In this document: piece after piece, positions 27,752-37,537 of the stretch
Layout: each line of letters begins with the position of its first letter
Position numbering within the stretch: the first letter of the stretch is position 1
Virus record (IMG/VR): IMGVR_UViG_3300036713_000599
Strand: one strand, 5' to 3'
Length of the DNA: 64,000 bases
Origin: a virus
Taxonomy: Duplodnaviria; Caudoviricetes
Position numbers and translations under genes: made by a program
Notes under the pieces: generated by a model
What the model saw: only the letters and a program-made list of their open reading frames with translations
Told to the model about the DNA's origin: nothing
Databases searched by the model: none

Positions 27752-28330
27752 ATGGACGAAGTTCTGGCTCAGGCTGTCCGACAGCTCCGGGCCGCTAGGG
27801 CCAAGATCACAGTAGATTTCCGCCTCAAAGTTTTAAAAGAGGGCAGAGTCAGCTGTAGAAAAGGCTGTAGTAATTGTTGCCATTATCCGGTGTACGTCTC
27901 TCTGTTGGAAGGAATCCTCATTTACCAAGGGTTACACGATGATCGTCTCTGGACAAACAAGCTAAAGGCAAAGTTCCAAGAGGCCGCAAGAAATACCTGG
28001 GGACAGAGTATAGCTGTGTGGATGTTGAGCAACCGTCCTTGTCCTCTTCTTGGGGACGACGGGTTATGTCGTTCTTACGATAATCGGCCCGTTCATTGCA
28101 GGGTCACCTTTTCCAGAGGGAGTCCCCATGACTGCCACCCGCACCGCTTTCAGGCGAACACGCTTGTTCCCCGACCAGAGACATCAGAGGTCTCAGTCGT
28201 TGAAAGAAGACTCCTAAAGCAGCTCGGGGCGTCCAACGTTTTACTGCCGTTAGCCGCTGCCGTCCTTTTAGGAGAAAGGGTATCGGACGGAGTCCATGTG
28301 AAGGACTTAGTTCAGGAGTTGCCGTGGTAA
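27752..28330 (+). CDS. YkgJ/FliB-family CxxxCxxCC metal-binding protein
   Basis: CRKGCSNCC, CPLL...LCRSYDNRPVHCR. Confidence 0.8.
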   Translation: MDEVLAQAVRQLRAARAKITVDFRLKVLKEGRVSCRKGCSNCCHYPVYVSLLEGILIYQGLHDDRLWTNKLKAKFQEAARNTWGQSIAVWMLSNRPCPLLGDDGLCRSYDNRPVHCRVTFSRGSPHDCHPHRFQANTLVPRPETSEVSVVERRLLKQLGASNVLLPLAAAVLLGERVSDGVHVKDLVQELPW

Positions 28331-28614
28331 TGTGCTGTGTGTGCCATCGGGATTTTGACATAAACACTGGCCGTGAGGTGATACTCACAGCGAAAGAGAA
28401 GCAGGTCATAGCGAGTCAAGGGCAGGAGCCACCTGAGAAGCTCTTGTATTGTACTCCTTGCTGGAAGACTATCTCGGACCCTATTGCTGGGCCAGCCCTC
28501 TTTCGTGGGATTTTTGAGGGGGGACTCCGTAGACTCGGTGTACTTGATGCTGAAGAGCGAGCTAACAAGTATCATGCATGGTTGTCCAAAAAGGCCAGCA
28601 AACCGAGGTCCTGA
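28330..28614 (+). CDS. Small zinc-finger protein
   Basis: CCVCH..YCTPCW; overlapping start/stop codons. Confidence 0.55.
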   Translation: MCCVCHRDFDINTGREVILTAKEKQVIASQGQEPPEKLLYCTPCWKTISDPIAGPALFRGIFEGGLRRLGVLDAEERANKYHAWLSKKASKPRS

Positions 28615-29309
28615 TGAAAAATGATGTTTTGGGAGCGGTCAAAGAACTTCTCAAGATCAAACGAGAGAGAGGCAAGGAGGGGGAAGAGGAATACATCCAA
28701 GCCGTCCAAGAGGTCGCCCAGCGGTTTATGGGGTCACCAGAAGGAGAAGCTGCCTTACGTACATTACTCCCAGACTTTGACTTCGATGCGATAAAGGGGA
28801 GTGGTAAAGCGGACACTCCGCCCATGCCTGAGTTCGGTCAGACTTCACAAGAGCGTATAATGCTCCAAATGCTCGGCCAGCAGATACCCAACATGAAGAC
28901 GCAAGCACAATTGACTGTCTTCATGGCGGCGTTTGATGCTCTCCGCCTCACTCTTAATGGATACTTCGGGAACAGCTTTGTTGCGGCTGAGCAGGCTCGT
29001 ATCGCCCTCGATCAGGCTCTAGATATGAGCAAACAAACAACAGGCATCACTTCAAAAATCCGGGAGGTTGAGAACAAGAGCGACACAGCGAAGAACTTCG
29101 AGGTAGAGACTCTGCCGCCCAGTAACGTCCATGAGTACGACAACGTCAAGGCTCTCATGGCAGGGCTAGGAGCGATCTCTAGTCTCAACGATCTCAACAA
29201 GTGGTATGCACAGAATCGCTCTGCCTTAGACAAAATCGTCGATTCAAAACTCCGTGACCAAGTGTTTGACGCAGTGCGGACAAAAAAACAACAGTTGGAG
29301 GTAAGCTAG
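28614..29309 (+). CDS. Hypothetical helical protein
   Basis: TGATG overlap at 28612-28616; 231 aa. Confidence 0.65.
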   Translation: MKNDVLGAVKELLKIKRERGKEGEEEYIQAVQEVAQRFMGSPEGEAALRTLLPDFDFDAIKGSGKADTPPMPEFGQTSQERIMLQMLGQQIPNMKTQAQLTVFMAAFDALRLTLNGYFGNSFVAAEQARIALDQALDMSKQTTGITSKIREVENKSDTAKNFEVETLPPSNVHEYDNVKALMAGLGAISSLNDLNKWYAQNRSALDKIVDSKLRDQVFDAVRTKKQQLEVS

Positions 29310-30313
29310 TGGCACTCTCTCTGAGTAACATCAAAAATCTCAAACACATCGTGACCCACGCCTATTGTCCTGACGGTACTGCCAGCGCCTTGCTGCTCAA
29401 ACAATGCCTGCCTTGGGCAGACGTGACTTTCGTACAATACAATACAGAGGAACATAAGACCCTTCCCGTGCGAGAGGGGACCATCTTTGCAGACTTTTCA
29501 CCACATGATGATCAAGTCGAAGACTTCGTGAGAGTTGGTGCAGTCGTACTTGACCACCACATAACGAAAAAAGAAGTGGTCGAGAAATTTGGTAAAAATG
29601 GAGTCTTTGGTGACGAAAAAACAGAACCTGGAATAAGTGGAGCTTCCCTCGTCTTCCGTGAGGTATACAAACCGTTGATGGAGAGCCACAGAGTTAGCTC
29701 ACAAGATATACGCAAAGTCCAAGATTTCGCTTATCTTGTTGGCATCAGGGACACATGGCAAAACAAACATAAAAGGTGGAACGAAGCCTGTGCTGTATCA
29801 GAAGCACTGAACTTCTGGCCCTGGAACACCTACAAGTCCCTCAAGGACTTAGAGAGCAAGTTGGAAATTGGTCCAATTCTATTGGAACGCAAGCTCAATG
29901 CTGCCAAAAAGGCGGGAGACGACGCTTGGAGATTCACTACTTCAAGGAAGACGAAGGTCGCAGTCATTGAGGGCGTCAGAATGTCCAGTGACACGGCTGA
30001 ATACCTGGATGACGAAGTTGACCTCGTCATAGGATTCAACGTACGCGCAATAGACGGCAAATCGACCCTGATTTTTTCAAATCGTAGCCATACCTTCTTC
30101 GACTGTGCAGCTTTTGCCACCAAACATGGTGGCGGTGGTCATACACGTGCTGCCGGGTTTGCTTGGCAGCTCGGCCCCAACGATCCTCAGCCCCACACAC
30201 TAATTCGAAGAATCGTCGAACATTACGAACTCACCGGCGAAAGATACAACAGTAAGGTCCCGCTATGGGACCGGCTCCGCTACCTCAAGTGGCTTCACCT
30301 TCAGAGTACCTAA
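29309..30313 (+). CDS. DHH/DHHA1-family phosphoesterase
   Basis: HAYCPDG, FADFS, VLDHH, IRDTW, GGGGHTRAAGF. Confidence 0.85.
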   Translation: MALSLSNIKNLKHIVTHAYCPDGTASALLLKQCLPWADVTFVQYNTEEHKTLPVREGTIFADFSPHDDQVEDFVRVGAVVLDHHITKKEVVEKFGKNGVFGDEKTEPGISGASLVFREVYKPLMESHRVSSQDIRKVQDFAYLVGIRDTWQNKHKRWNEACAVSEALNFWPWNTYKSLKDLESKLEIGPILLERKLNAAKKAGDDAWRFTTSRKTKVAVIEGVRMSSDTAEYLDDEVDLVIGFNVRAIDGKSTLIFSNRSHTFFDCAAFATKHGGGGHTRAAGFAWQLGPNDPQPHTLIRRIVEHYELTGERYNSKVPLWDRLRYLKWLHLQST

Positions 30314-30863
30314 GAGACCTCGTTTCCCATAAGACGTCTAGACTAGACATCTCCGCTCGAATGAACTGGAGTGTCACTTTAGCTCGCTCAATCCCGTTCT
30401 GAATAAGAGTCTCCCGTACATCCAGTCCTGGTTGGCCCACAGAAGCAACTGAGACTCGACTGTAGGCATCATTGGGTAAGTAGTACCAGGCGAGCTGCCG
30501 GGCCGTTCTAGGCCCCTTTCTGAGCCCGTATCGGTCAACTACGTACTGTTTAAATTCCTCAGGTATCTTTATCCAGTCGTCCGACAAGAGAACAGGTACA
30601 GCTTCCCCTCCTACAGTGTAGTAGGGAGCGGGTTCAGGTAATCTGCCTGCAGAAAAATTACGTCGCCTTCGCCCGACCTGGAGGGCCATCCACCGAATGG
30701 TGGAAAGCAGGTACTCCCATTCAGATCCGCCTTCCAATTCACTCTCGAAGCCGATCTGACAGCGACGCGTAAGTAGACAGACAAGGTTATCGTCGGAGGA
30801 GTCAGTGAAGTCGGACCAGGGACGAAAGGCTTCGTCCAAGAAGGTCTCCATCTTGGACTTCAT
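30285..30863 (-). CDS. Hypothetical protein
   Basis: Minus-strand ORF between DHH and the polyvalent gene; start taken at MKSKMETF. Confidence 0.55.
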   Translation of the reverse strand: MKSKMETFLDEAFRPWSDFTDSSDDNLVCLLTRRCQIGFESELEGGSEWEYLLSTIRWMALQVGRRRRNFSAGRLPEPAPYYTVGGEAVPVLLSDDWIKIPEEFKQYVVDRYGLRKGPRTARQLAWYYLPNDAYSRVSVASVGQPGLDVRETLIQNGIERAKVTLQFIRAEMSSLDVLWETRSLRYSEGEAT

Positions 30864-30975
30864 ACGCTGACCTCTGACGGATATTAAAGCTGTTTGGGTC
30901 ATATTTTGGTAAATATTAACATTTCTTGACAGGAGATGCACGACGATAATTGTACTATATGACGGGGATAGTGAA

Positions 30976-33900
30976 ATGGTACAAGCTGCAGCAATGATCA
31001 TTCAGAGAAGCGGGTCTGTCCTCATGTTGAAACGAGGCTCAACAGCCTCATGGATGCCCGGAAAATGGAATTTTCCCACAGGCCGTGTTGAGGATGACGA
31101 GTCCGTTGTTGAAGCCGCAATTCGGGAAACAGCGGAAGAGTCTGGAATAAGTGCGAATTTCCCTCAAAAGGTCATCACTTTGAATTTTCCTGAGGCAACC
31201 GTCACGTACTTCCACACCTTTGATAGCAGTGACACCGAACCAGTTCTCAACTTCGAATCTTCTGAGTATAGGTGGGTTCCTGTTCCCGAGGTGGTGAAAC
31301 TGGACACCATTCCTGGTGTGGACCAGGCTCTCAAGGCGTTGAGTGGGGTGACGAGGGTTGTGGCAAAGCAACAAGCCCTCGCCGTATCGGGGCTCTATGG
31401 TAGGCCTGTTGGCCGATTCGCGTCGTCTTTCAACCTGACTGAATTCAATGCGTTGGCCAGGGATATGCCAACCCTTGATGAGTGGTTTCATGGAGCTTCC
31501 ACATATCTTGAGGACAGAGGGGCCAAGCTCCTAGGCTTTGGTATGGGTCGAAGTGTTTACGCTCTTCCTGGGGACAGAGTTATCAAACTAGCTAAAAGTC
31601 AGTTTGGAAGGGAACAGAACCAACAAGAAGAGTTCTCCTACGACTCATTTCAAAGCCTGAAAATTTTGTTACCTGTCTTGGACGCAGCTGACGACGGAAG
31701 GTGGTTGATCTCACCCCTGGCAAAGTTAGCTAGTAGTAGGGACCTGGTTGCGTGGTCCGGAGTACCACGTGAAGTACTTCACGGTTTATTGGAGGGGGAT
31801 GAATCGCTACCCACATCAGATCTAACTCAGAAAGGCAAGAATCTGATCCGCTTTGCTCAAAAAGAAGACATGGTTGCAGCAGACCTGGTCAAGCTGGACT
31901 CGTGGGGCAAGTGGAGGGGTGAGCTTTGGTTGTTGGACTACGGGTTGAGCAAAGACGTAGCCCGACGCATGAAGAGAACCCTATACAGAGCCGCAGCCAC
32001 TCAACGAGTGGTGGCTCTGTACAAGAACAAGAAACAGGTCAAGAAACAAGACGGCAAAGGAACGACGACCGTCTACGAGTACAGTAAGAGGCAAGTCCAG
32101 CATCGAAATAGGGAAAAGGCCAAAAGAATCGAAAAACTCCGCCAAAGTATTTCGAATCTCCGTGCCCAGGTTGGAAAAGATCTCAAGTCATCGGACCCTG
32201 ACAAGTTCCTCACAGCACTTGCTGTGGGCCTCATAGACGAGACGTATGAGAGGGTCGGTAACGATGTGTCTGCGAAGGGCGGGCACTTCGGCGTCACTGG
32301 GTGGCGAAAGAATCATGTGAGTTTCAACCGAAATAAGGCGATTGTGAGCTACGTCGGCAAGTCGGGAGTAAAGCAGAAAAAGATGGTAAGCAACGCTCCC
32401 CTGGTGCGTGCCTTACGGGACGCTTGTGAGGCCGTTGAGGGAGAAGATTGCCTGTTCTGCCATGACACAGGTAAAGTCGATGCCAACAAGATCAACGCCT
32501 ACCTCCGGAAGTTCGACGTCACAGCAAAAGACATCCGTGGCTTGCACGCCAACGAAGAGATGAAGCAGCGGCTGAGAGCTGTCCGTAAAGGCAAGTTGCC
32601 TGAGGATCCGAAAGAGCGGAAAGCAGTTCTCAAGGATGAGTTTAAAAAGGCCCTGGAAGAAACAGCCAAGATTGTTGGGCACGAGGCGTCAACACTCAAG
32701 GGCCAGTACCTGGTTCCTGGCCTCGAAGACGAGTACGTCTCTAGTGGAGAAATCGTGCAAAAGTTGGACAAGTCGGCAGCCGTCGTAACACGTTATCTTG
32801 AGGCTGCCAAGGTCGTCCGGATTGATGGGCCTTGGGTTGACAAGATGCGCAAAGACTTCTTGATGCTCATGAAGAACATCCCGAGAGCCAAGGACTACGA
32901 TGCGGCGATCCAACTCAAGGAAGGGTTTGACCGGTGGCGACGGCAATCAGCGGAGTTTTTCTTCAAGAGATTCCTGGACAATTCTCTCAAATACGACGAT
33001 CGGATCGTGGAAAAAGTTCGGAAAGAGATAGAACGTAACCTCCGCAAACCTGCCAAAGACTTCTTCGACGAAGCCTACCTTCCCATTGAGCGAGCCAGCG
33101 ACTATACTCCAGCCTCAGTCCAATTCGAACGGTACCTTGAAGACGTAAAGAAGTGGGAGAAAAAGACTCGACGTAAGGCTCAGGTGTTCTGGAAGGCGTT
33201 GAAGGAAGCTCTCTCGATATATGAGAAGGGTTGGTACAAAGGGCCGGACGCACCGTCCACCCTACAAGCCGAGGTTCCCGTCTACGAAAAAACGGTCATC
33301 GAGGGCTTCCAAATTGAAGTTCGCGGCTACGAGCAGAGTGACGATATTGACAGAGAAGCGATGCCAATGATCCGAGAGGCTCTCAAGAGGTATAGGGAGA
33401 GGGCGGCTAAGCGTATACCTTGGGTGCTGAAAAACCAACTCCCGTTAGTACTGGAATTTGAAGCTACTCTGGACGTAGCAGGACGGTACAACCACGACGG
33501 GACAATCACGATTTTTGCATCGGCAGCAATCAACAGCACTCCCGACGCATTGACCAAGACGATGGCTCATGAGATGGGGCACCACTTATGGAGGTTGTTG
33601 AGCGGGGACGCTAGAGAATACTGGTCCACGGCCATTAGCGGAGACTATGGCAAGATTGACGTTCGAGAGCTGCTATCCGGATGGCCTGAAGGCATGTGGG
33701 CTTATGAATATGCTGACTACTTGGCGGACAAGGACCCGATTCTATCCCTTCAGCTAGAAACTGTATGGCCTGGGTATGGTGGACGGCAGGAGATGGTCGA
33801 GAAGCAGGACTTCGAGGATCGCTTGGAGGAAGGCTACACAACACTATCTGTTCCAAAGAACCCAATCTCTGGCTATGCAAGCAAGAACCCCGAAGAGGCA

Positions 33901-34047
33901 TTCTGTGAGGCCGTTGGGATGACAGTAGCTTACGGGAATCGAGCGGTGCTCCCACAGGTCCGCAAATGGCTCAACACTGTAATCCCAGGCCAGGTCAAGA
34001 TAGCAAACATCGTTAGTCGTTATCTTTCGACCCAAGAAGGACTCTGA
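30976..34047 (+). CDS. Polyvalent protein: Nudix + protein-kinase-like + type IB topoisomerase + helical + zincin metallopeptidase
   Basis: Nudix box GRVEDDESVVEAAIRETAEESGI. Kinase GFGMGRSVY..VIKLA..NQQE..DLVKLDSWG..LLDYG. Topo IB pentad ERVGN, VGKSG, KDIRG, VGHE, GQY. Zincin AHEMGH and YASKNPEEAFCEA. Confidence 0.85.
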   Translation: MVQAAAMIIQRSGSVLMLKRGSTASWMPGKWNFPTGRVEDDESVVEAAIRETAEESGISANFPQKVITLNFPEATVTYFHTFDSSDTEPVLNFESSEYRWVPVPEVVKLDTIPGVDQALKALSGVTRVVAKQQALAVSGLYGRPVGRFASSFNLTEFNALARDMPTLDEWFHGASTYLEDRGAKLLGFGMGRSVYALPGDRVIKLAKSQFGREQNQQEEFSYDSFQSLKILLPVLDAADDGRWLISPLAKLASSRDLVAWSGVPREVLHGLLEGDESLPTSDLTQKGKNLIRFAQKEDMVAADLVKLDSWGKWRGELWLLDYGLSKDVARRMKRTLYRAAATQRVVALYKNKKQVKKQDGKGTTTVYEYSKRQVQHRNREKAKRIEKLRQSISNLRAQVGKDLKSSDPDKFLTALAVGLIDETYERVGNDVSAKGGHFGVTGWRKNHVSFNRNKAIVSYVGKSGVKQKKMVSNAPLVRALRDACEAVEGEDCLFCHDTGKVDANKINAYLRKFDVTAKDIRGLHANEEMKQRLRAVRKGKLPEDPKERKAVLKDEFKKALEETAKIVGHEASTLKGQYLVPGLEDEYVSSGEIVQKLDKSAAVVTRYLEAAKVVRIDGPWVDKMRKDFLMLMKNIPRAKDYDAAIQLKEGFDRWRRQSAEFFFKRFLDNSLKYDDRIVEKVRKEIERNLRKPAKDFFDEAYLPIERASDYTPASVQFERYLEDVKKWEKKTRRKAQVFWKALKEALSIYEKGWYKGPDAPSTLQAEVPVYEKTVIEGFQIEVRGYEQSDDIDREAMPMIREALKRYRERAAKRIPWVLKNQLPLVLEFEATLDVAGRYNHDGTITIFASAAINSTPDALTKTMAHEMGHHLWRLLSGDAREYWSTAISGDYGKIDVRELLSGWPEGMWAYEYADYLADKDPILSLQLETVWPGYGGRQEMVEKQDFEDRLEEGYTTLSVPKNPISGYASKNPEEAFCEAVGMTVAYGNRAVLPQVRKWLNTVIPGQVKIANIVSRYLSTQEGL

Positions 34048-34103
34048 GCGGCAGAAGCCTAGGCGGGGGCCTCCGACCTCCCTTGAGCCCTTGTCGGTGC
34101 CTT

Positions 34104-34274
34104 CTAGTCGCCTCTTTGGTCTCTCTGCCAATCTTCCGGAAGAAAACCTCCACTTTCGATCCACTGGTCAAGAGCGTCGAACAACATAACCAAGCGATGA
34201 GCCGTCTCTTGGTCAGGGGTATCGTTTGTAGCGACGATTCTCCGTATTTCTTTGAGGCATTCGTTTGGATCCAT
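34104..34274 (-). CDS. Small phage protein (56 aa)
   Basis: Hand-translated MDPNECLKEIRR...LFDALDQWIESGGFLPEDW. SD GGAGG and a promoter motif lie upstream. Confidence 0.7.
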   Translation of the reverse strand: MDPNECLKEIRRIVATNDTPDQETAHRLVMLFDALDQWIESGGFLPEDWQRDQRGD

Positions 34275-34279
34275 AGCTC

Positions 34280-34289
34280 CTCCTACACC
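34280..34289 (-). promoter_or_regulatory. GGTG-TA promoter motif
   Basis: TACACC 34284-34289, 9 nt from the start codon at 34274. Confidence 0.5.
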
Positions 34290-34324
34290 GAAAGAGGGCG
34301 GCCCTTTAGGGACGGATAGTTTAC
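34289..34324 (+). mobile_element. 36-bp minimal IS605 derivative (left-end tip + hybrid hairpin + right-end tip)
   Basis: TACAC|CGAAAGAGGGCG-GCCCTTTAGGGACGGA-TAGTTTAC|CA matches both termini of the 59028-60766 element. Confidence 0.8.
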
Positions 34325-34352
34325 CAGAATTTATCTATTCAGCCGCCCTCAC

Positions 34353-34679
34353 GTGACTGACGAACTCGACATCCGATGGCAACGAAACTTCGAGGCAACC
34401 CAGCGGAGGCTTGAGGCCAAAGAAAGGGCCATTGCCTACCTTGGAGGTAAATGTCGTATCTGCGGCTACGACAAGTGCCCCGCTGCCATGGCTTTCCACC
34501 ACCTGGACCCGAGGGAGAAGGACTTTGAGGTCAGCTCTCGCCTCTCTTGGGGAGCGGTTAAGCCTGAGTTGGATAAATGTGTGTTATTGTGTTCCAACTG
34601 CCATCAAGAGGTGCATGCTGGATGGCATCCAGAGTATTTGAGCGACGAGGAGCTTGGTGTGCGGGGCGACGACACCTGA
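34353..34679 (+). CDS. HNH endonuclease
   Basis: GGKCRICGY..FHHLDP..KCVLLCSNCHQEVH. Confidence 0.85.
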   Translation: MTDELDIRWQRNFEATQRRLEAKERAIAYLGGKCRICGYDKCPAAMAFHHLDPREKDFEVSSRLSWGAVKPELDKCVLLCSNCHQEVHAGWHPEYLSDEELGVRGDDT

Positions 34680-34693
34680 CGCTTGTTGACCGG

Positions 34694-35566
34694 CTAGTCT
34701 TCTTGTTTGGACCATTCAATTTCTGGCACATCTCTCTCTCGCCGTCCAATAATGACAAGTTCCTTGACCGGCCCTCTCTTGTCGCCCCTAGAGTTGATGC
34801 ACCGCCTTGCCGCAACCTCATGAGTCTCAAAGCCGTTGTACAAGTCGCGGATATGGGCCGTATTGGAGTTTGAGAGCACGACCTTCACCCCTCGGTCGAC
34901 CAGGGTCCGGAAAGTTTCGGCTAACCTCTTTTGGTCCTCGTAAGTGAACCCGTCTTTGGTGTAACTGGTGAAGTTCGAAGTGGCGTTAAGGGGAGCATAA
35001 GGCGGATCAAAGTAGACGAGATCGTCTTCAACGGCAGGAGCTACCACCTTGGCGAAGTCGTCACAGTAGAGGGCAGCGTACTGATTAAGAGCCTCAGAGC
35101 ATTTGAGAAGGTTGGGAGCATCGAGCGTCTTTGGTGTCTTGGCCCACCTGCCGTAAGAGACGTTGAACTTTCCCTTTTTGTTGACGCGGTAGAGTCCGTT
35201 GAAACACAGCTTGTTGAGATAGATCGTTCGAGCGGCACGTCGGGCTGGGCTTATGTCGTTAGGGTCCAACTCCCTGAGTTGCATGAACGTTTCCCTGTTA
35301 ACCTCCCAACACTTCAGCTGATCAATGAGGTCGTTGGGAAAACTACGGACCGCGCGGTAGCAGTCGATCAGTTCTTGGTTGGCATCGTTGAGGATCGCTC
35401 TACCAAAGTGAAAGTTCTTGCGAGAAGCCATGCCAAAAAAGGCCGCCCCTCCCCCAACAAAGGGCTCATAATAAGTGCCACATTGTTTGGGGAAGATGTC
35501 TAAGAGGAGGGGCAGAATCCCACGTTTGCCTCCAGCCCATTTGAGGAAGGGGCGTACCACTGTCAT
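34694..35566 (-). CDS. dam: Dam-family (D12 class) N6-adenine DNA methyltransferase
   Basis: PFLKWAGGK, YYEPFVGGGA, FNGLYRVNKKGKFNV, VYFDPPY, FTSY, LSNS. Confidence 0.92.
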   Translation of the reverse strand: MTVVRPFLKWAGGKRGILPLLLDIFPKQCGTYYEPFVGGGAAFFGMASRKNFHFGRAILNDANQELIDCYRAVRSFPNDLIDQLKCWEVNRETFMQLRELDPNDISPARRAARTIYLNKLCFNGLYRVNKKGKFNVSYGRWAKTPKTLDAPNLLKCSEALNQYAALYCDDFAKVVAPAVEDDLVYFDPPYAPLNATSNFTSYTKDGFTYEDQKRLAETFRTLVDRGVKVVLSNSNTAHIRDLYNGFETHEVAARRCINSRGDKRGPVKELVIIGRRERDVPEIEWSKQED

Positions 35567-36771
35567 TGGGATTTCCTCTCCTTAGCCCTATCGTACATCT
35601 TCTTCTTAGCCCTATCGTACATCGCCACTGAAACTTCCCTCGTACCATCAGGCGTCACGAGGTAGTACGTGTTAGCTAAATCGAGCCTCCGAGAGGAATG
35701 AGCCTCTGGACACTTCTCTGTGTTAGAGTTCACCCAAGTGCGAGCAATAACATTTCCCTCATCAGGAAATTTGAAAACATAAGTTCTGCGAAAACCCCAT
35801 TCCAAGAAACCTAGGCATAGGGGGTGCCCGCTTGTGATTTCCTGTTCGTCGACCTTACCCATGATATCCAAGTAACCAAAAGCTCGACTTATTCTAGGAA
35901 TCCTAGAGAACTTAGTGTTGCACCGGTACATCAGGAGGCAAGGAGTGAGTCGACCGTTTAGCCGGAGCTTGACGACCTCGGGCCGAGAAGGGAATGCGGA
36001 TATATCATACTCCTTCATGCCAGGGTACGTGAAGTTTATGTAGGCGAGCACGGCTTCCAGCTCGCCCATAGTGAGCCCTTTTTGTTTGAAGAAGGACTCC
36101 ACTGGAGGAAGGCACTCATCGTACGGGACTCCCTCCAGTGCTTCGACCACGATGGATTTCACTGGCTCTTTCAGCTGTGAGAACCAAGAGACGCAGAGGT
36201 TTGGTTCAATAATGGCTCTTTCGTCGGGTGCCGGCCATTTCCTCTTAGGCACTGTGATAGACTCGATTTGGCCTAAAATGTCAGATTCCGTAGTCCGATC
36301 CCAACCCAAGGACCAGCTCCTGCTCCCACAATCCCGCGCGAACCTAACCAGCCGCGTCCGAATGTTGCCTTTATCCTCACAGTCCGGAACCTTGAGGTGC
36401 CACAGCTCCAAATGCAGCCGGAGGAGGTCCCTGTACCATGGAGGGGAGTGGTTCTGGAACCACACCACCCATTCGTCAGGGCAGTCCCCCCGAACTTTTG
36501 ACTCCCTCGGATCCATTTCGTAGCTCCGGCCTCCTATTTCGACTTTTCCGTCTTTCTCCGAAGGATCTTCGAGAATGAAGAGTATGTTCGTCAGCGTCTG
36601 AGTCATCTTCTCTTTCTGAGCGGCCAACATGAAGTCGCACAGAGTTTGCCAGTCTTGTCTGGGAGCGTGATCCCTGAATAGATCGACGGCCCTACGAATG
36701 GGCCTTGTGTCGTTTCTGCCAGGTAGCATGACGACGGGGAACTTGTAGTCCTTGGGTGTCTTAAATTCCAC
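35563..36771 (-). CDS. Hypothetical protein (402 aa)
   Basis: Long ORF overlapping the dam start; C-terminal MYDRAK duplicated by a 24-bp direct repeat at about 35581-35623. Confidence 0.7.
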   Translation of the reverse strand: MEFKTPKDYKFPVVMLPGRNDTRPIRRAVDLFRDHAPRQDWQTLCDFMLAAQKEKMTQTLTNILFILEDPSEKDGKVEIGGRSYEMDPRESKVRGDCPDEWVVWFQNHSPPWYRDLLRLHLELWHLKVPDCEDKGNIRTRLVRFARDCGSRSWSLGWDRTTESDILGQIESITVPKRKWPAPDERAIIEPNLCVSWFSQLKEPVKSIVVEALEGVPYDECLPPVESFFKQKGLTMGELEAVLAYINFTYPGMKEYDISAFPSRPEVVKLRLNGRLTPCLLMYRCNTKFSRIPRISRAFGYLDIMGKVDEQEITSGHPLCLGFLEWGFRRTYVFKFPDEGNVIARTWVNSNTEKCPEAHSSRRLDLANTYYLVTPDGTREVSVAMYDRAKKKMYDRAKERKSQ

Positions 36772-36806
36772 GGATAGCCTCCAGGGTCATGGCGAGTAGG
36801 GCTTGT

Positions 36807-37478
36807 TTATTCGTCTGGCAGCTCCCACGACCTTTTTGGAAATTGAGCTTCGGCGAGAATCTTTCGGATTGGGCCAAAACTTCTACGATGGATCTCACAT
36901 ACACCAAATTTCTCAAGAGCCTGTCGATGTTTTTTGCTTCCTCCGTAACCCGCGTTGTTTTTGAAGTCGTACTCCGGGTACTTCTTGTCGAACTCCGCCA
37001 TGAACCTGAGCTGAGTCGCTTTAGCGAAGACGGAGGCAAGGGACACGGCTGGAATAAGAGCATCCGCCTTAGGGACAAGCATAAGCCTCTCTATGGCGTT
37101 TTCTCTAACGGTAGGAGGTACGATGCCATCAACCACCACAAACAGCTTCTGGCCGCTAAAGAGGGCCTCAACGGCCTTACCTTGAGCGAGTGCCTGGGCA
37201 GTGTTGAGCCCTATACGATCGATTTCGTCAGCATGCACGACACCGATGCTGTGCTTCACGTGTTGATTCTCACGAAAGAGCTTCTGTATCGTCTTGCGGG
37301 TGAGCTTCTTGGAGTCGTCCAATGAAGGCGGGGGCTTCCAGTCAGGAGGTACAGCGACCGCAGCGGCGACAATTGGCCCTGCCCATGGTCCGCGTCCAGC
37401 TTCGTCCACGCCAACAATGACGGCGGGAGCGTTTTCCTGGACATACTCTTCGACTTGCTCTTTTGAGTTGATCTTCAT
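36807..37478 (-). CDS. rnhB: Ribonuclease HII
   Basis: GVDEAGRGPWAGP, DDSKKL, VVDG, KADA..VSLASVFAK, NAGYG, HRRSF. Confidence 0.92.
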   Translation of the reverse strand: MKINSKEQVEEYVQENAPAVIVGVDEAGRGPWAGPIVAAAVAVPPDWKPPPSLDDSKKLTRKTIQKLFRENQHVKHSIGVVHADEIDRIGLNTAQALAQGKAVEALFSGQKLFVVVDGIVPPTVRENAIERLMLVPKADALIPAVSLASVFAKATQLRFMAEFDKKYPEYDFKNNAGYGGSKKHRQALEKFGVCEIHRRSFGPIRKILAEAQFPKRSWELPDE

Positions 37479-37537
37479 ATTGTACCAATTTTTCGAAAAC
37501 GGTCCCGATCAAGCGAGGGCCATTTGCCGTCTTTCCA

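Noticed and set aside
35581-35623. 24-bp direct repeat
   Set aside because: A simple in-frame duplication (MYDRAK twice) at a protein C-terminus; no sign of a mobile or regulatory role.
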